DNA from: Chrysomallon squamiferum
Taxonomy: Eukaryota; Animalia; Mollusca
Assembly (NCBI GenBank): GCA_012295275.1
Contig: CM022665.1
Location: forward strand, 2,728,001 to 2,792,000
Reading direction: 5' to 3'
Length of the DNA stretch: 64,000 nucleotides
Of the stretch, positions 62,930 through 64,000 are shown one piece after another. How positions within the stretch are numbered: position 1 is the first letter of the stretch; each line of letters begins with the position of its first letter. The notes below the pieces were generated by a model. The model ran no database searches. It had not been told where the DNA came from and saw only the letters and a program-made list of their open reading frames with translations. A program made the translations under genes and the position numbers.

Positions 62930-64000
62930 CTAAGGACTTCAGCTTCTTTTTTTAGTTAAACAATTTATAAAAGTTATAAATACTTGGGTTAGACTAACAG
63001 AAATGATTTCTTTGATTCTTAAAAAAGAAAGATGTAAATGTATAATGAAACTCATCTCCAAAGTCATAGTTATTACACAATGGACATATTCTGTTTTCTA
63101 ATGGTTAATTTTTCCATCATCTCATTTCAATAGGAAGATTGTGGTTTGAAAGTCTAAACTGTAATGATAGGCATCAGTGTTTTCTGACTTTAAGGTTGAA
63201 ATGTGTCTGGAATGCAACAGTATTTTTAAATAGTTTATAATTTGAAGTTTTAGATGAGTTATCAATGTTAGAGTAGCAATATTGTAAGTACTGATCTATA
63301 AGTCTTGTGTTAATGCATGATTTTAACACAGAACCACTAATGGTACCATTATACTATGATAAACACACACACACACCATTGAGAACAGATTGAACGTGTA
63401 ATATGCATTTGTGATTAAAAATGTTATTGCTAACATCATTCAGTAATAGTCTGTACACTAGTAATGATAACTGCTTTTCTATGATCAATTGATACCAGTA
63501 AATAATCATTCTCACTTTTACAGTAATATATACTAGATAACATCCAAATTCTCCAATTAGCAAATACAGTGATATAGATTTCCTTACAGATAATAACAAT
63601 GTCATAAACATGTTACATAATTTTGGCATTAATGACAGATTTTCAAATCCCCAAATTTCTCTACCATACAGAAGAACTGGTAAAATCATGTATGGAAATA
63701 TTATGAATATTGTTGTAGAATGAAATACATAGCCTTCTGTACTTGTGCATATAACCTATAAATTACATGGCAACATTTACCATTTATACCATTTTAAATT
63801 AATTTTCCTCAAAGTCTGATTCTCCAAACTGAATTAGAAGTTTTGCTGAAATCTGTAAATGTGAAAAAAGGTTTGTTCTGTGCTTTCGTAAGTTCAGTTA
63901 ATCAGTATAATGTAAAGGCCTGGTCATTTGTACAATAATCCTTCCTAAATTCTGTTTGAACTTCAGATCATTTGTTTCAAAACACTACTTTAGTGTATTA
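62930..64000 (-). mobile_element. Degenerate non-LTR retrotransposon (LINE, RTE-X-like) fragment in the zinc-finger gene intron
   Basis: Minus-strand relics: RT N-part (FRKDYCTNDQAFTLY; TDFSKTSNSVWR), post-RT segment (ILPVLLYGREIWG...IGEFG...VKVRMIIYW), IDNSSKTSNYKLFK, and the C-terminal NHNLPIE...RICPLCNNYDFGDEFH Cys/His motif. Many stops and frameshifts. The clade call is tentative. Confidence 0.82.

Overview
This is AT-rich, intron-rich, microsatellite-laden animal DNA, most consistent with an invertebrate (a mollusc or other lophotrochozoan is my guess, not shown). The supplied ORF track is mostly noise, so I rebuilt genes by hand from exons and GT-AG boundaries. Three genes are supported. 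(1) A complete glycoprotein hormone alpha-2 (GPA2, thyrostimulin alpha) gene on the minus strand, 3 coding exons, 127 aa with a signal peptide and 10 Cys. (2) A ~36 kb PPP4R4 gene (PP4 regulatory subunit 4, HEAT repeats) on the plus strand, divergent from GPA2, with up to 28 coding exons. (3) The last two exons of a C2H2 zinc-finger gene on the minus strand, convergent with PPP4R4. Mobile DNA includes a decayed PIF/Harbinger element with TIRs and a CAG target duplication inside a GPA2 intron, two MITEs, and an internally deleted LINE. The most notable observations are an in-phase alternative first exon hidden in PPP4R4 intron 2, a 1-nt frameshift in PPP4R4 exon 18, a sharp CpG-rich to CpG-poor boundary at the PPP4R4 start, paired inverted CRE palindromes upstream of GPA2, and a TCTCGCGAGA palindrome at the PPP4R4 promoter. 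I found no CRISPR array, rRNA or tRNA, and no convincing new multi-gene system.
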